64,000 bases of DNA from assembly GCA_965207375.1 (NCBI GenBank), contig OZ242274.1, positions 1,568,001 through 1,632,000 of the forward strand, in the 5' to 3' direction. The notes under the pieces are model-generated. The model did not search any database, was not told the DNA's origin, and saw only the letters and a list, made by a program, of their open reading frames with translations. The number at the start of each line of letters is the position of its first letter. Positions within the stretch are counted from its first letter, which is position 1. This document shows positions 10,331-21,557 of this stretch, in pieces. Both the position numbers and the translations under genes were made by a program. The stretch is from Nitrosopumilaceae archaeon (GTDB lineage: Archaea > Thermoproteota > Nitrososphaeria > Nitrososphaerales > Nitrosopumilaceae).

Positions 10331-11479
10331 CTATGCTAGGCCCAAATCTCCAAACGTCTTTAATGCAATGCCGTTAGAGTTTGTCAGTTTTGCAATCCTG
10401 TGCCCGACAATGAACTCGACTCCTGCATTTTTTGCACCTTCCAGCAATCTTTGTGTTATGATGCCGTCTAGAATCAAATACTTTATGCCAGACTGTGTAG
10501 ACAATTTACTAACAATTTCACTAATTGCAACTCTGAATATCTCTTTTTCTTCGCCGTCTAAAGCAACTGCCTCAAGTGTTTCATTCAGATCAGGATGAAT
10601 CTTGGCAGCAAGTGCTGCAATTAACTTGTCTTCCTCACTTGATATGCTCGGACTAGAAACACTTGAACCACCGTTTAATTCTTCGGCTACTGGTCTGAGA
10701 ATTTCGTCAACTCTTTGTGGAGTGAGCTCTTCTACTTCGACACCTGTATCTGCACGAAGTTCTATGTCTATACGAACTACTGATTTTAACTCTTTTAGAA
10801 TAAATCCGCCTGCCCTGTCGCCATCCAAAAATGCAACTATTGTTTCCTTCTTTTCACAGATTTCACAAATAGATTCATCAATGGTTGCACCATTGATTGC
10901 CAAAGCATTGTCATATCCTGCTCTGAGTAAATTGATAATGTCTGCGCGACCTTCTACCAAAATTATCCATGGTGAATCATAGATACCCTTACTGCATGGT
11001 AGTTTGGATGGACCATAAGATTCTACTTTGTTGTTTTCACCTTCGTGGACATCTTTTAGCATTGTTTCTCCCTCACTGACCGTTTTTGTGGCCCAGCGTT
11101 GTTTGATTTCTTTGGCACGCTTTACAATGTCGTCCTTTTTGGCTGCCCTTACATCATCAATTGCATCTAATTGAAAATGACAGTCAAAGGGACCTACCTT
11201 GTCAATACTTTCAATTGCGGCTGCAATTAGTGCACAGGTATCAATGTCTGTACTCATTGGAATTAAAGCATCACCCTTTGTTGTGTTTGAGGTATTAGTA
11301 GTGTTGACTTCTATGCGACCAATTTTTGAAACACGTTGGAGCTCATTTAGATTCATTTCTGGACCCAACAGACCCTCTGTCTGCCCAAAAATTGCACCTA
11401 TTATATCTGCTCGTTCAACAAGTCCATCAACTTCATAGGAAAGTTTAACGTGATATTTGACAATTCCTGATTGAGGCAT
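10331..11479 (-). CDS. dnaG: Archaeal DnaG-type primase (exosome-associated)
   Basis: GAIFGQTEGLLG, VEGRAD and DGDRAG TOPRIM motifs. Confidence 0.95.
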   Translation of the reverse strand: MPQSGIVKYHVKLSYEVDGLVERADIIGAIFGQTEGLLGPEMNLNELQRVSKIGRIEVNTTNTSNTTKGDALIPMSTDIDTCALIAAAIESIDKVGPFDCHFQLDAIDDVRAAKKDDIVKRAKEIKQRWATKTVSEGETMLKDVHEGENNKVESYGPSKLPCSKGIYDSPWIILVEGRADIINLLRAGYDNALAINGATIDESICEICEKKETIVAFLDGDRAGGFILKELKSVVRIDIELRADTGVEVEELTPQRVDEILRPVAEELNGGSSVSSPSISSEEDKLIAALAAKIHPDLNETLEAVALDGEEKEIFRVAISEIVSKLSTQSGIKYLILDGIITQRLLEGAKNAGVEFIVGHRIAKLTNSNGIALKTFGDLGLA

Positions 11480-11612
11480 ACATTTTTCATCTCCTTAATT
11501 ATCATATATTGTGTCTAATATTTGGTTATATGTGCTTATCGAATCTTTTAGATTTTGGAAAAATTTACCCCGTTTAGATTGAAAAATCGCCTGAAAAATG
11601 GAAAATAGTTGC

Positions 11613-11963
11613 TTATTCTGTACTAAATGAGCTGCCACATGAGCAGGATTTTGTAACATTTGGATTGTTGATTTTGAATCCAGATCCCATTAGGCTTTCG
11701 ACATAATCGACGTTGGCGCCTTTTAAATGGTCAACACTGTAGCTGTCAATAAGCAATTTGACTCCTGTTTCCTCAAAGACTAGATCATCCTCTTCTGCTT
11801 TTGTCTCAAAGCCCATTCCGTATGAAAGGCCTGAGCATCCGCCGCCTTGGACATAGACTCTTAAGAATTGTGGTTTTTCCTTTTCTTCGGTCATGAATTC
11901 TTTGATCTTTTCTGCAGCCTTTGGAGTAACAGTAACTATTTTTTGTGTCTGTTCTGTTGCCAT
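11613..11963 (-). CDS. erpA: A-type Fe-S cluster carrier (ErpA/IscA)
   Basis: GGGCSG and SCSCGSSF motifs. Confidence 0.9.
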   Translation of the reverse strand: MATEQTQKIVTVTPKAAEKIKEFMTEEKEKPQFLRVYVQGGGCSGLSYGMGFETKAEEDDLVFEETGVKLLIDSYSVDHLKGANVDYVESLMGSGFKINNPNVTKSCSCGSSFSTE

Positions 11964-12014
11964 GATGCTTTTAATCTTAAATTTTCTTATAATAAGCTTT
12001 TCACTAAAATTTTA

Positions 12015-12104
12015 GCACATACTCATGTCGCCCCTGATTCTATGCCTAGTTTTTGAGCATAGATGAAAATTTTGTGCCTGAAAAATTTACGACCAGAGTT
12101 GTGC
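12015..12104 (+). repeat. MITE-like family A, copy 1
   Basis: Ends GCACATACTCATGTCG...CGACCAGAGTTGTGC; interior similar to the other copies. Confidence 0.75.
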
Positions 12105-12314
12105 CAAGAATCAACTGTCAACACTAATATTACAAAATGTCATAAAGTAATTGTGACAATTATAAAAAACATCATGGTTCAAACCCATTTAATATCACAG
12201 AAGGTTGGGAATTCATATGGGTTCCATAATTTTTCATGATGAATAAACTGAAAATTTTGTATCGGTTAACGTTGTTTTGAATTTATAATAATTTTAGGCA
12301 CGAAATTACTTTGC

Positions 12315-12422
12315 GTACAAACTCAGGTCGCCACCAACTTTATGCTTAATTTTTGAATCTACTTGAAAATTTTATGCTACTGAAAATTTTATGCCTGAAA
12401 AATCTATGACCTGAGTGTGTAC
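12315..12422 (+). repeat. MITE-like family A, copy 2
   Basis: Inverted ends GTACAAACTCAGGTCG...TGACCTGAGTGTGTAC. Confidence 0.8.
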
Positions 12423-12481
12423 TTTGTCAAAAGATAGAATAAAAATTCAAGCGTGACATTAACACTTGCAAAATTTTTGTA

Positions 12482-12664
12482 TTGGTGGTTCTGATAATTA
12501 TTATTTTGATTGCAGATAGACCCATAACGCGCCTGACTAATGAATTGGTAACCTCTAAAACCTTTGAGATTGGATTGATTGTGATGATTTTGGACGTAAT
12601 GTTGATTTTAACTGTGGGTGGTTTGTCCTTTTATGTAGTCAAAAGAATTTGGAATGCACAATAG
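12482..12664 (+). CDS. Small two-TM hydrophobic ORF between MITE copies (possibly a fragment)
   Basis: Two hydrophobic stretches in 60 aa. Confidence 0.3.
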   Translation: MVVLIIIILIADRPITRLTNELVTSKTFEIGLIVMILDVMLILTVGGLSFYVVKRIWNAQ

Positions 12665-12754
12665 TACAAACTCTGGTCGTAAATTTTTCAGACATTAATT
12701 TTTCATGTATGTTCAAAAACTAGACATAAAATCAGAGTCGACCTGAGTACGTAC
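12664..12754 (-). repeat. MITE-like family A, copy 3 (inverted)
   Basis: Its reverse complement aligns with copy 1 over about 85 bp. Confidence 0.8.
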
Positions 12755-12794
12755 ATAAGTTCACCTATTAAAAATAAGGAAAAATAAAAGAGGT

Positions 12795-13556
12795 CTATTT
12801 TTTAGACCTGTTGACAAATTCGGTCATTCGCTCTTGACGGTCAGGATGTGTAAAGCAATTTCGCCATGCAAGAAGTTCAACACCTAGACCAGTATCAAGA
12901 TCTGCGTTTCTTCCTATGTTAATTGCAGCCTTGGACATTTGAACTCCCATTGTAGAGTTTTTTGCAATCTCGGCTGCCATCTTTGTTGCCTCGTCCATAA
13001 GTGATGCAAGCGGAACTATGTGATTTACTAGGCCGATTTGTTTTGCCTCCTCTGCCTTGATTATGTTGCCTCTATACACAAGCTCCTTTGCTTTGGCAAT
13101 ACCTACGATTCTCATCAATCTTTGTGTGCCGCCCCATCCTGGGGGGATACCAATTGTTACTTCTGGCTGACCTAATCTTGCAGTATCTGCTGCAATTCTA
13201 ATATCACATGACATTGCAAGCTCACATCCTCCACCTAGGGCAAATCCGTTAATTGCTGCAATGGTTGGTTGCTTTACGCGCTCTACAGTTGCAGTTACTA
13301 GCTGTCCTAATTTTGCATATTGGACGGACTCATCAGGGGAAATAGTTGACATGTATGCAATATCTGCACCTGCTGAAAACGCCTTTTCACCTTCTCCGGT
13401 AAGTATTATGACCTTGACATCGTCGTCATGTCCTACCTCTTCAAAGGTTGTGACCAACTCTTGTGCAACATCTGTGTTCATTGCATTGAGCTTGTCGGGA
13501 CGATTGATTTTAATCGTACAAATCCCGTCAGATTTTGATGTCGTAACTAGTGACAT
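12795..13556 (-). CDS. Crotonase: 3-hydroxypropionyl-CoA dehydratase / crotonyl-CoA hydratase of the HP/HB cycle
   Basis: AFSAGAD, GGGCELA and PGWGGTQRL motifs; adjacent to the 3HP-CoA synthetase as in Nitrosopumilus. Confidence 0.88.
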   Translation of the reverse strand: MSLVTTSKSDGICTIKINRPDKLNAMNTDVAQELVTTFEEVGHDDDVKVIILTGEGEKAFSAGADIAYMSTISPDESVQYAKLGQLVTATVERVKQPTIAAINGFALGGGCELAMSCDIRIAADTARLGQPEVTIGIPPGWGGTQRLMRIVGIAKAKELVYRGNIIKAEEAKQIGLVNHIVPLASLMDEATKMAAEIAKNSTMGVQMSKAAINIGRNADLDTGLGVELLAWRNCFTHPDRQERMTEFVNRSKK

Positions 13557-13609
13557 GTCTGAAAACCAACACATACTTGACTTAAATGTTGTCTATTTTT
13601 TGTACAATT

Positions 13610-13733
13610 ATACTGTTGAAAAATAGGTCCGCCTAGGGATCAAGAGGACGATTGCTGATTGTTTCAAGTTGTATATATCAACAAAACTCACGACAAAAAA
13701 AGACTGACAGAGAAATCCAGACAATGTATAATT
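13610..13733 (+). mobile_element. Relic of the transposase-5' end of the IS481-family element
   Basis: GGTCCGCCTAGGGATCAAGAGGACGATTGCTGATT...AAAAAGACTGACAGAGAAATCCAGACAAT matches the reverse complement of about 40440-40563. Confidence 0.8.
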
Positions 13734-13759
13734 GTATAGTGCAAAATTATCTACATACG

Positions 13760-15883
13760 TCACAGTTTATTTTTTGCGTACTTGCCCCATTGAGACAATG
13801 CTGCTGCTGCTGCCACCCATGTTCTAAGATCCTGATATACTGGCACTTTGTGTTTCTCAACAAGCCTTATCATTTTTTCAGTATATGGGCCGCCGTTGCC
13901 TCCTGCTAGAATCGGCTTTTTTCGTTTACTTTGAAAGTCTGCTAAATACTTTACAATTGTCTCCTCTAAAGGATCATCTTGAAAAACAAACCACGGCATT
14001 GCAATATCAATATTTTTTTCATCCATAAACTGCTGAATGACAAATCTGTAATCATCTGCAGTTGCACCGCCGCCTACATCTGCGGGATTTCCATTATGAA
14101 TTGGGACCGCAGGCGGAAATCTATCCTTTATCTTTTTGAGAATGCTTGGAGATATTTTTCCAATAGTTAATCCCAATCGTTCTAGCTGATCAATGCCGCC
14201 AATCATTGGTCCTGCACCATTACTAGTCATTGCTACTTTGTTTCCCTTTGCTGGAGGCTGCCATGCTAGTGCCTTTAAGACTCCTACTAGTTCCTGATAA
14301 CTATCTACTGAAATAATTCCTGCCTGTTTGAATGCACCCATTACAATTGCATTAGAGCCTCCAAGAGATCCTGTATGTGATGCTGCCTGTTTTGCACCTG
14401 CAGCAGTTCTTCCGCTCTTCCAAATTACAATGGGCTTGTTTTTTTCTTTCATAACTCGTTTTGCAACATTGATGAATTTTCTACCATCTCCAAAGCCTTC
14501 AACATATAGTCCTATAACCTTGGTTTGAGGATCGTTTGCAGCATACCATATCATGTCTGCCTCATCTACATCAGAACGATTGCCAAAACTAATCATCTTA
14601 GAGAGACCAAACGTATCTGCACTTTCTAGCATGCTGATTCCCATGGTTCCACTCTGTGAGAAAAATGCCACAGGGCCTAGCTGTGAGCGTATCATTCTTT
14701 GCTGTCCCTGGAATGCACAATCAAGGCGGTTTGCAGCATTAAACATTCCAATACAGTTTGGGCCGATAATTCTTATCTTGTGTTTTTTAGAGAGTCTTGC
14801 CACCTCTGCTTCATATTCTGCCCTTTTGCCACCTAGCTCCTTTCCTCCTCCAGAAACTATAACGACACTGTGTACTCTTTTTTTTGCACAGTCTTCTAAG
14901 ACAGGCGGCGTAACTGACAGGTCAACTGAAACTACAACTAGGTCCACGTTTCCCGGAATTGCAGAAACTGAAGGATAACACTTTTGACCAAAAATTTTGT
15001 CTGCCTTTGGATTAATGGGGTACACCTTACCTTTGAAATCATAATTTACCAAACTATCCAAGATAGAGTTTCCAATTTTTCCCAGAGTAGATGAGGCACC
15101 TACTAGTGCAACTGACTTTGGAGTGAAAAAGGTCTCCATATTTTCCTTGTTGGGTTTTGCCTTTGAAATTGAATTCTTTTTTAACTCGTGATTTAGGATA
15201 ATTTTTGCATCTACTACAAAGTGTGACTTTGAATAAACAACTATAGGGTTAAAGTCAATACTATTGATATAATCTGCATTTTCTATACCTAATTTTCCAA
15301 TCTGAACTAACATTTTTGCCACACGGCTAGTATCAATTACGTCGCCTCCCCTGAACCCTTTGAAAAGTTTTGAGCCCTTTAACTCATTTAGCATTGATTT
15401 TGCATCAGATGTTGTAATGGGTAGCATTCTAAATGCAACATCTTTCATCACCTCAGTCATGATTCCTCCTAAACCTACCATGATGACTGGACCAAACTGG
15501 GAATCATTTTGTATGCCTACAATCAACTCTACTCCTTTTGGAACCATCTTTTCTAAAAGAACACCCTTTATGGTAACTCCTTTTTTCTTTGAAAGGCGCC
15601 CATACATGTCATCAAATGTTTTTTTAACCTCACCTGTACTGTTGATTCCGACCTTGACTCCGCCGACATCTGTCTTGTGTAAAATTTGTGGAGATACTAT
15701 TTTCATTACCAGTGGAAAGCCAATCTTTTTTGCCTGTTTTACTGCATCTTGTGCAGATGTAACTAGTGCATAAGGGGGCACCTTGACACCATAGGATTTT
15801 AGAATGGATTTTGATGACTCTTCGGTAATAACTTTGTGTTTCGTTTGGATAATTTCTTCAAAAATTTTCTTAACTGTAGACAT
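13760..15883 (-). CDS. 3-hydroxypropionate--CoA ligase (ADP-forming), fused beta-alpha ACD type
   Basis: ATP-grasp [18 protein letters not shown] and SHTGSL motifs; synteny with the crotonase. Confidence 0.88.
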   Translation of the reverse strand: MSTVKKIFEEIIQTKHKVITEESSKSILKSYGVKVPPYALVTSAQDAVKQAKKIGFPLVMKIVSPQILHKTDVGGVKVGINSTGEVKKTFDDMYGRLSKKKGVTIKGVLLEKMVPKGVELIVGIQNDSQFGPVIMVGLGGIMTEVMKDVAFRMLPITTSDAKSMLNELKGSKLFKGFRGGDVIDTSRVAKMLVQIGKLGIENADYINSIDFNPIVVYSKSHFVVDAKIILNHELKKNSISKAKPNKENMETFFTPKSVALVGASSTLGKIGNSILDSLVNYDFKGKVYPINPKADKIFGQKCYPSVSAIPGNVDLVVVSVDLSVTPPVLEDCAKKRVHSVVIVSGGGKELGGKRAEYEAEVARLSKKHKIRIIGPNCIGMFNAANRLDCAFQGQQRMIRSQLGPVAFFSQSGTMGISMLESADTFGLSKMISFGNRSDVDEADMIWYAANDPQTKVIGLYVEGFGDGRKFINVAKRVMKEKNKPIVIWKSGRTAAGAKQAASHTGSLGGSNAIVMGAFKQAGIISVDSYQELVGVLKALAWQPPAKGNKVAMTSNGAGPMIGGIDQLERLGLTIGKISPSILKKIKDRFPPAVPIHNGNPADVGGGATADDYRFVIQQFMDEKNIDIAMPWFVFQDDPLEETIVKYLADFQSKRKKPILAGGNGGPYTEKMIRLVEKHKVPVYQDLRTWVAAAAALSQWGKYAKNKL

Positions 15884-15925
15884 AATTTGATCGATAAAAT
15901 CAAAACTCAATATATTAAACTTTGG

Positions 15926-16609
15926 TCAGAGACTGAATTCTTTTTTGAAATTTCGATAAAACATGCTCATGTTTGATTCAATTTTAGAAATATTTTCATC
16001 AATTTCTGTGCGAATTTTCTGCGGATCTATGTATGGAATTTTTGATATGCTGTCTTTAGTATTGTCCAACCACAGGTTTATCATATTGCGATTCACCTCA
16101 AAATGAAATTGTACGCCTACTGCACTGCCTATCTGAAATGCCTGATTGGCGTACTGTTTAGAGTATGCTAGTCTGACTGCATCTTGTGGAAGCTCAAATG
16201 TGTCACTATGCCAGTGAAATACCCAAAACGGATTTGTAAAACCTGCAAATAAATTTGAATCTACATCCAATTTTATATCATCATAAAAGCCGATCTCAGT
16301 TTTTGAGCCGCGCAAAACTTTGGCACCAAAAGCTTTGGCAATTAACTGAGAGCCAAGACAGATTCCCAAGACTGGCTTTTTCTGTTTTACGTATTGTTTA
16401 ATCAATGACTGTTCTGCATTTAGATAATCTGAATCATCGTTTGCACTTTGCGGACCTCCAAGAATTACCAGCATGTCGTGTGAATCAGTTGTAATTGGCT
16501 CTTTTTTGGCATAAACTGTATTGATGCTAAAGCCATCTGATTCTAACAGCTTGCCCAAGTTGCCAGAGCCCTCAATTTTGGTGTTTTGTACAATTAAAAC
16601 ACTAGTCAT
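15926..16609 (-). CDS. Class I glutamine amidotransferase
   Basis: LGICLGSQL, HWHSD and QFHFE motifs. Confidence 0.9.
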   Translation of the reverse strand: MTSVLIVQNTKIEGSGNLGKLLESDGFSINTVYAKKEPITTDSHDMLVILGGPQSANDDSDYLNAEQSLIKQYVKQKKPVLGICLGSQLIAKAFGAKVLRGSKTEIGFYDDIKLDVDSNLFAGFTNPFWVFHWHSDTFELPQDAVRLAYSKQYANQAFQIGSAVGVQFHFEVNRNMINLWLDNTKDSISKIPYIDPQKIRTEIDENISKIESNMSMFYRNFKKEFSL

Positions 16610-16660
16610 GTGTATAATAATAAAAACGCCTTTTAATATTTGAACTTGATATATTCATTC

Positions 16661-17026
16661 ATGAAGGTCACCGAATCTGAAATCTCTGATTTGAAAAAAT
16701 TCATAAGTGATCTAAATGCGGATAATGGCACAATAGCTGTTGAGGGAAAACGTGATACTCGGGCATTAAAAAACATTGGAATACGAAACAAAATCGTAGA
16801 GTTTCACAAGTATTGCGGAATAAATAATTTTGCAGATGCAGTTGCAAGCTATGACAAAATTATCATATTATTTGATGGGGACAAGAAAGGAAGATATCTT
16901 ACCGTAAAGGCCATAGAAAAACTGCAACGACGCACCAGAGTTGATCTGTCCTTTAAGAGGCGACTTGTTTTGGCAACTAGAGGAAGGATTAGATTTGTTG
17001 AACAGTTGACCTGTTATGAGATATAA
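16661..17026 (+). CDS. Small TOPRIM-domain protein
   Basis: VEGKRD and FDGDKKG motifs. Confidence 0.85.
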   Translation: MKVTESEISDLKKFISDLNADNGTIAVEGKRDTRALKNIGIRNKIVEFHKYCGINNFADAVASYDKIIILFDGDKKGRYLTVKAIEKLQRRTRVDLSFKRRLVLATRGRIRFVEQLTCYEI

Positions 17027-17032
17027 AAAAAA

Positions 17033-18307
17033 TTATGGCCAGAGGCCTCTGTGATTGAATGCCTCAACTACTCTTTGTACTGCAAGTACCATTGCGGCCT
17101 TTCTCATATCTATTTTGTGCTTTTTTGATAATGCAAGTGTATCATTGAATCCTGTGGTGATGTTTTTTTCCATTTTTTGTGCCACCTCATCAAAGCTCCA
17201 ATAGTATCCCTGATTGTTTTGTACCCATTCTAAATAGGAGATACAAACACCGCCTGAATTTGCAAGAATATCAGGTATTACAACAATCTTGTTTTTGTAA
17301 ATAATTGGGTCTGCCTCAGGTAATGTTGGACCGTTAGCTGCCTCGCCAATGATTTTACATTTTAGATTCTTTGCAATCTTTGCATTGATTTGATTTTCTA
17401 GTGCACCCGGAATTAGTACATCACATTTGGTAGTCAATAGTTGTTCTGTTGTAACTTTTTTGCTTCCTGCAAAACCTACAACTGAGCCTTTCTTTTGTTT
17501 GTGTTCAAGTAATTTGCTCACCTTGAACCCTTTTGGTACAATGATTGAGCCTTTTGAATCGCTTGCTCCTATACATTTTGCTCCCATCTTTTCAAGATAT
17601 TCTCCTGCAAAGGTGGATGCGTTACCAAATCCTTGAAGTACAACTGTGGCGCCTTTGAGTTTTAACTTTATTGCTTTTGCTGCCTCTCTAACACAATATG
17701 CAGTACCTAGACCGGTTGCTACATTTCTTGCAAGAGAGCCTCCCATTGGAATTGGCTTGCCGGTAATAACACCTGGCTGGTGCGTATTACCATTTAACTT
17801 TCCAAAGGTATCCATGATCTGAGTCATTTCTCGTCCTGTTGTGTAAACATCAGGAGCAGGCACATCTTTTTGTGGACCTATGATTTCAGAGATCATAAAT
17901 GCAAATCTTCTAGTCAATCTTTCCATCTCTGCGTCACTTAGTTTTTCCTTCTTTGGATTAACAAAAACAGCTCCCTTTCCACCGCCAAGTGGAACATCGA
18001 CAACTGCACACTTCCAAGTCATCCATGAAGAAAGGGCCATTACCTCCTTTTCCATGTACTCTACGCCGCCTTCAGGATCAAAGAATCTAATTCCTCCTTT
18101 GTATGGGCCACGGTCATTGTTGTGTTGACTGCGAAATCCAGTAAACACGCGAATTTTTCCGTTATCCATTTTTACAGGAATTTTTACACGTAGGACCTTG
18201 TTTGGCATGGCAAGATATTCTCTCATGCCCTTGTCCTTGATTCCTAAAACATCACATGCGTCATTAACTTGTTTGGTTGCATTAGCAAATGGATCTGCTT
18301 TTACCAA
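17033..18307 (-). CDS. gdhA: Glutamate dehydrogenase
   Basis: GPYKGGIR, GGGKG, PAPDV, QGFGN and PDILANSGG motifs. Confidence 0.96.
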   Translation of the reverse strand: MVKADPFANATKQVNDACDVLGIKDKGMREYLAMPNKVLRVKIPVKMDNGKIRVFTGFRSQHNNDRGPYKGGIRFFDPEGGVEYMEKEVMALSSWMTWKCAVVDVPLGGGKGAVFVNPKKEKLSDAEMERLTRRFAFMISEIIGPQKDVPAPDVYTTGREMTQIMDTFGKLNGNTHQPGVITGKPIPMGGSLARNVATGLGTAYCVREAAKAIKLKLKGATVVLQGFGNASTFAGEYLEKMGAKCIGASDSKGSIIVPKGFKVSKLLEHKQKKGSVVGFAGSKKVTTEQLLTTKCDVLIPGALENQINAKIAKNLKCKIIGEAANGPTLPEADPIIYKNKIVVIPDILANSGGVCISYLEWVQNNQGYYWSFDEVAQKMEKNITTGFNDTLALSKKHKIDMRKAAMVLAVQRVVEAFNHRGLWP

Positions 18308-18415
18308 GATAATCGATATTTTTGCCGCCAAATTCTATTTAAATCTGATCCCAGACAAATATTGTAAAACAATACTGCTAACTGCCATATCAAATACACA
18401 TTTATTTTCAAAATT

Positions 18416-21400
18416 GTGAATTTGTATGTGGATACATCTCTTGTGCCGGTATCATGGAGGGCATTTTTGGCACTTGAATCACACCGACTAGAACACGCAT
18501 TTGATTTAGATCCCCTATTATCTATGAGCATATCAAAGGTAGATTCGCTACCGCATCAGGTAGAGGCAGTTTATGAGCATGTACTAAAGAAACCCCGTAT
18601 TCGGTACATGCTAGCACACGACCCTGGGGCAGGAAAAACAATCATGGCAGGACTAGTTCTCAAGGATCTAAGAATGCGTAAATTAGTGAATCGCGTCCTT
18701 GTTGTGGTTCCGGGACAGCTTCGTGAGCAATGGAAGTGGGAACTAAAGTCCCGCTTTGATCAGGACTTTGTGATAGTAGATCGAGATGTCTTTTCTACCA
18801 AGGGTGGCGCAGGAACTTGGGAAGAAAATTTGATTATAACTTCAATTGATTTTGCCAAACGTGATGATGTACTTCAATCTCTAGCAGATGCAAAGTTTGA
18901 TCTTGTTATAGTTGATGAGGCACACAAAATGAGTGCATACTCGTATGGACGAACTACAAGCAAGACTAAAAGATATCGTCTAGGTGAGACGCTTTCAACA
19001 TCTTCAAAACACATGCTGTTTTTGACTGCCACTCCACACAAGGGAGATTCTCAAAACTTTAGGTTACTACTAGACCTCTTAGAACCAGGATTCTTTGCTG
19101 CATCTGGAATGATTGAAGAGTCTGTCAGGGAGGGACACAATCCTGTATTTTTAAGACGCGCCAAGGAGGACATGATTTCATTTGATGGCTCCCCTCTTTT
19201 TGTGCCGCGAACAGTGCATACGCCTGATGTGCGCATGTCTGAGCCTGAACAAATACTCTATGAGGCAATGTCTAACTATGTTACAGAACAATATAATTTA
19301 GCCATTCGTTCTGTTAAGGGACACAATATTACTTTTGCATTAATAATATTGCAACGTAGATTTGCATCAAGCATGTATGCACTGATAAAATCACTAAGGC
19401 GTCGTATGAAGAAACTAGAACAGCTTGAAAGTGCAGCACAGTCTACACCTACAATTGATGAAGGCTATATGGACAAGGTAGACGAAATGTCTGAGAAGGA
19501 TAGATGGGAAGAGGAACAAAAGTGGGAATTAATCAGTGCTGCCCAAAATATAGACGAGCTGCGCTTTGAGATAGATACACTTGCAGACATAATACAAAAG
19601 GCAGAAAAGGTAGTAGGATCAGAGACAAAACTGCGCCAGTTAAAGGAGACCTTGCAGGATTTAGACAGGTCATACCCTAATGAAAAGATACTAGTCTTTA
19701 CTGAATCTTTGGACACCTTGGACTATTTAGTAAATAATATACGTTCTTGGGGGTATACTGTTAACACCATACACGGTTCAATGAACGGCGATGAAAGAAA
19801 GCAAGCAGAAACTGTCTTTCGTGATACTACACGTGTCATGGTTGCCACCGAAGCTGCAGGTGAGGGAATAAACCTGCAATTTTGCCACCTTATGATAAAC
19901 TATGATCTTCCATGGAATCCAAACAGGCTCGAACAAAGAATGGGACGCATACACCGATATGGACAACGATTGCCCGTCTTTATTTTTAATCTTGTAGCAG
20001 CCGATACGCGTGAGGGTGAGATACTAGTTAGATTGTTTGAAAAACTCGATAGCATAAAGGCAATAATGGGAAATGACAAAATATTTGACGTGATAAGTGA
20101 TATCGTTCCAGGCAAGAGTCTTTCTCAGATGATGCTAGATGCCACGGTTCGGTCCAAACAACAAAAGCAGATTTTATCAGAACTAGACGGAATTGTAGGG
20201 GATTCATCGGCGATAAAAAATCAGATGAAGGACAGCTTTACCACAAAGCAGATGAATGTTACTGCGTTGCGTGGCATAGGTGAGCTTATAAATGAAAAAA
20301 GTCTTGCCCCCGAATATTCAAAATATTTGTTTTGCAATATAATTCGGGCTGCAGGAGGACAGGTACAAGATGAAGGACAAACCGCACAGATAACTGTACC
20401 ACCACCCATATCTGGTGGTAAATTTCTAGCCTCATTTGAAAAGGGCGTCCATGACAAGATGCCAGATACTGAATTTATCACCTTTGGCCATCCTGTATTT
20501 GAGGCTGCCTTACAGTGGGCACGCACCAAATTCTCAGCAGACATTATGAACAAAACAACTGTGCGTGATCCTACCGGCAGACTAGATGGTTATTTGGTAT
20601 TTTATACAGGCAATGTACATCATGGTGCAGGCAAATCTATCTCGTCTCACATGGTTGCATGTCTGATAAATCCCAAGACAGATACGATAAAGAGTGTGTC
20701 TCCTTCTGTATTGCTCGATCTTGACTGGAGTGAGGATGTATCTAGTGCTGATAATGTTGATATTGATTATTTGCAAAAGGCAGCATCTCCTTTGGTCGGC
20801 CAAGAATTGAAGTCACATGTAAGTAACATGGCCCAATATGGGCGCATACAAGCTGACATGGCACAAAAATACGGTTTAAAGTCCATGGATTTTTTGTTAG
20901 ATTCCATAGAGGGTGACATTTTAAGATTATTGGATCGAAAGCGTCGGGGCAACAAGGTAGATCTTGCAATATACAACAAAAGAGAGGACAGAAACAAATA
21001 CAGAATGGCACGCAAAAACCTACAGCAGCGCATCGAGTCAGACCTGGATCTAAGAATTGAAGAGATCTCGCTGATAGGGGCAATACATGTGATACCTGTA
21101 CCAAGCAAGACTAGCAGACAGTCTGCACACGATGCAGGCATAGAATTTGAAATGCAGCACGATCGTATGCCTGAAAGTGTTTCTGGTCAAGGATACGGAT
21201 TTGACATGCGTTCTTATACGAACCCGCCTATCTCGTCTGCATCTGCGTCTGGTACGCAAGCAGGATTTGATACACGTTCTTTAGATGACAAGAAAACCAG
21301 ATACATTCTGACGATTCCAGAATCTGATGAATGGATATATCTTACTACTAATGAATGGCTCAGAGCCAAGACTGTGGGTGACCAGTATTATCTGTATGTG

Positions 21401-21520
21401 ATGTGTAGTGACGGCTCAGTTTTAGTCGTAAGAGATCCTGCACATGCGCTAAAATTTGAATACAATAATTCTCGGTATAAAATATCTATAAATGATGTGA
21501 TACGTGCAGATTCCACATAG
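18416..21520 (+). CDS. SNF2-family helicase/translocase with a degenerate C-terminal DUF3883 (NOV-C) domain
   Basis: HDPGAGKT, DEAH, TATPH, EGINLQ and WNPNRLEQRMGRIHRYGQ motifs; C-terminal GFDxRS..LTTNEW..YYLYV. Confidence 0.88.
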   Translation: MNLYVDTSLVPVSWRAFLALESHRLEHAFDLDPLLSMSISKVDSLPHQVEAVYEHVLKKPRIRYMLAHDPGAGKTIMAGLVLKDLRMRKLVNRVLVVVPGQLREQWKWELKSRFDQDFVIVDRDVFSTKGGAGTWEENLIITSIDFAKRDDVLQSLADAKFDLVIVDEAHKMSAYSYGRTTSKTKRYRLGETLSTSSKHMLFLTATPHKGDSQNFRLLLDLLEPGFFAASGMIEESVREGHNPVFLRRAKEDMISFDGSPLFVPRTVHTPDVRMSEPEQILYEAMSNYVTEQYNLAIRSVKGHNITFALIILQRRFASSMYALIKSLRRRMKKLEQLESAAQSTPTIDEGYMDKVDEMSEKDRWEEEQKWELISAAQNIDELRFEIDTLADIIQKAEKVVGSETKLRQLKETLQDLDRSYPNEKILVFTESLDTLDYLVNNIRSWGYTVNTIHGSMNGDERKQAETVFRDTTRVMVATEAAGEGINLQFCHLMINYDLPWNPNRLEQRMGRIHRYGQRLPVFIFNLVAADTREGEILVRLFEKLDSIKAIMGNDKIFDVISDIVPGKSLSQMMLDATVRSKQQKQILSELDGIVGDSSAIKNQMKDSFTTKQMNVTALRGIGELINEKSLAPEYSKYLFCNIIRAAGGQVQDEGQTAQITVPPPISGGKFLASFEKGVHDKMPDTEFITFGHPVFEAALQWARTKFSADIMNKTTVRDPTGRLDGYLVFYTGNVHHGAGKSISSHMVACLINPKTDTIKSVSPSVLLDLDWSEDVSSADNVDIDYLQKAASPLVGQELKSHVSNMAQYGRIQADMAQKYGLKSMDFLLDSIEGDILRLLDRKRRGNKVDLAIYNKREDRNKYRMARKNLQQRIESDLDLRIEEISLIGAIHVIPVPSKTSRQSAHDAGIEFEMQHDRMPESVSGQGYGFDMRSYTNPPISSASASGTQAGFDTRSLDDKKTRYILTIPESDEWIYLTTNEWLRAKTVGDQYYLYVMCSDGSVLVVRDPAHALKFEYNNSRYKISINDVIRADST

Positions 21521-21557
21521 TAATTTGTGAATATACATTAGATGATACAAAACCACA

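Noticed and set aside
12015-12754. Clustered repeats as a CRISPR array
   Set aside because: The units are 90-110 bp, degenerate, irregularly spaced and in both orientations, and there are no cas genes.
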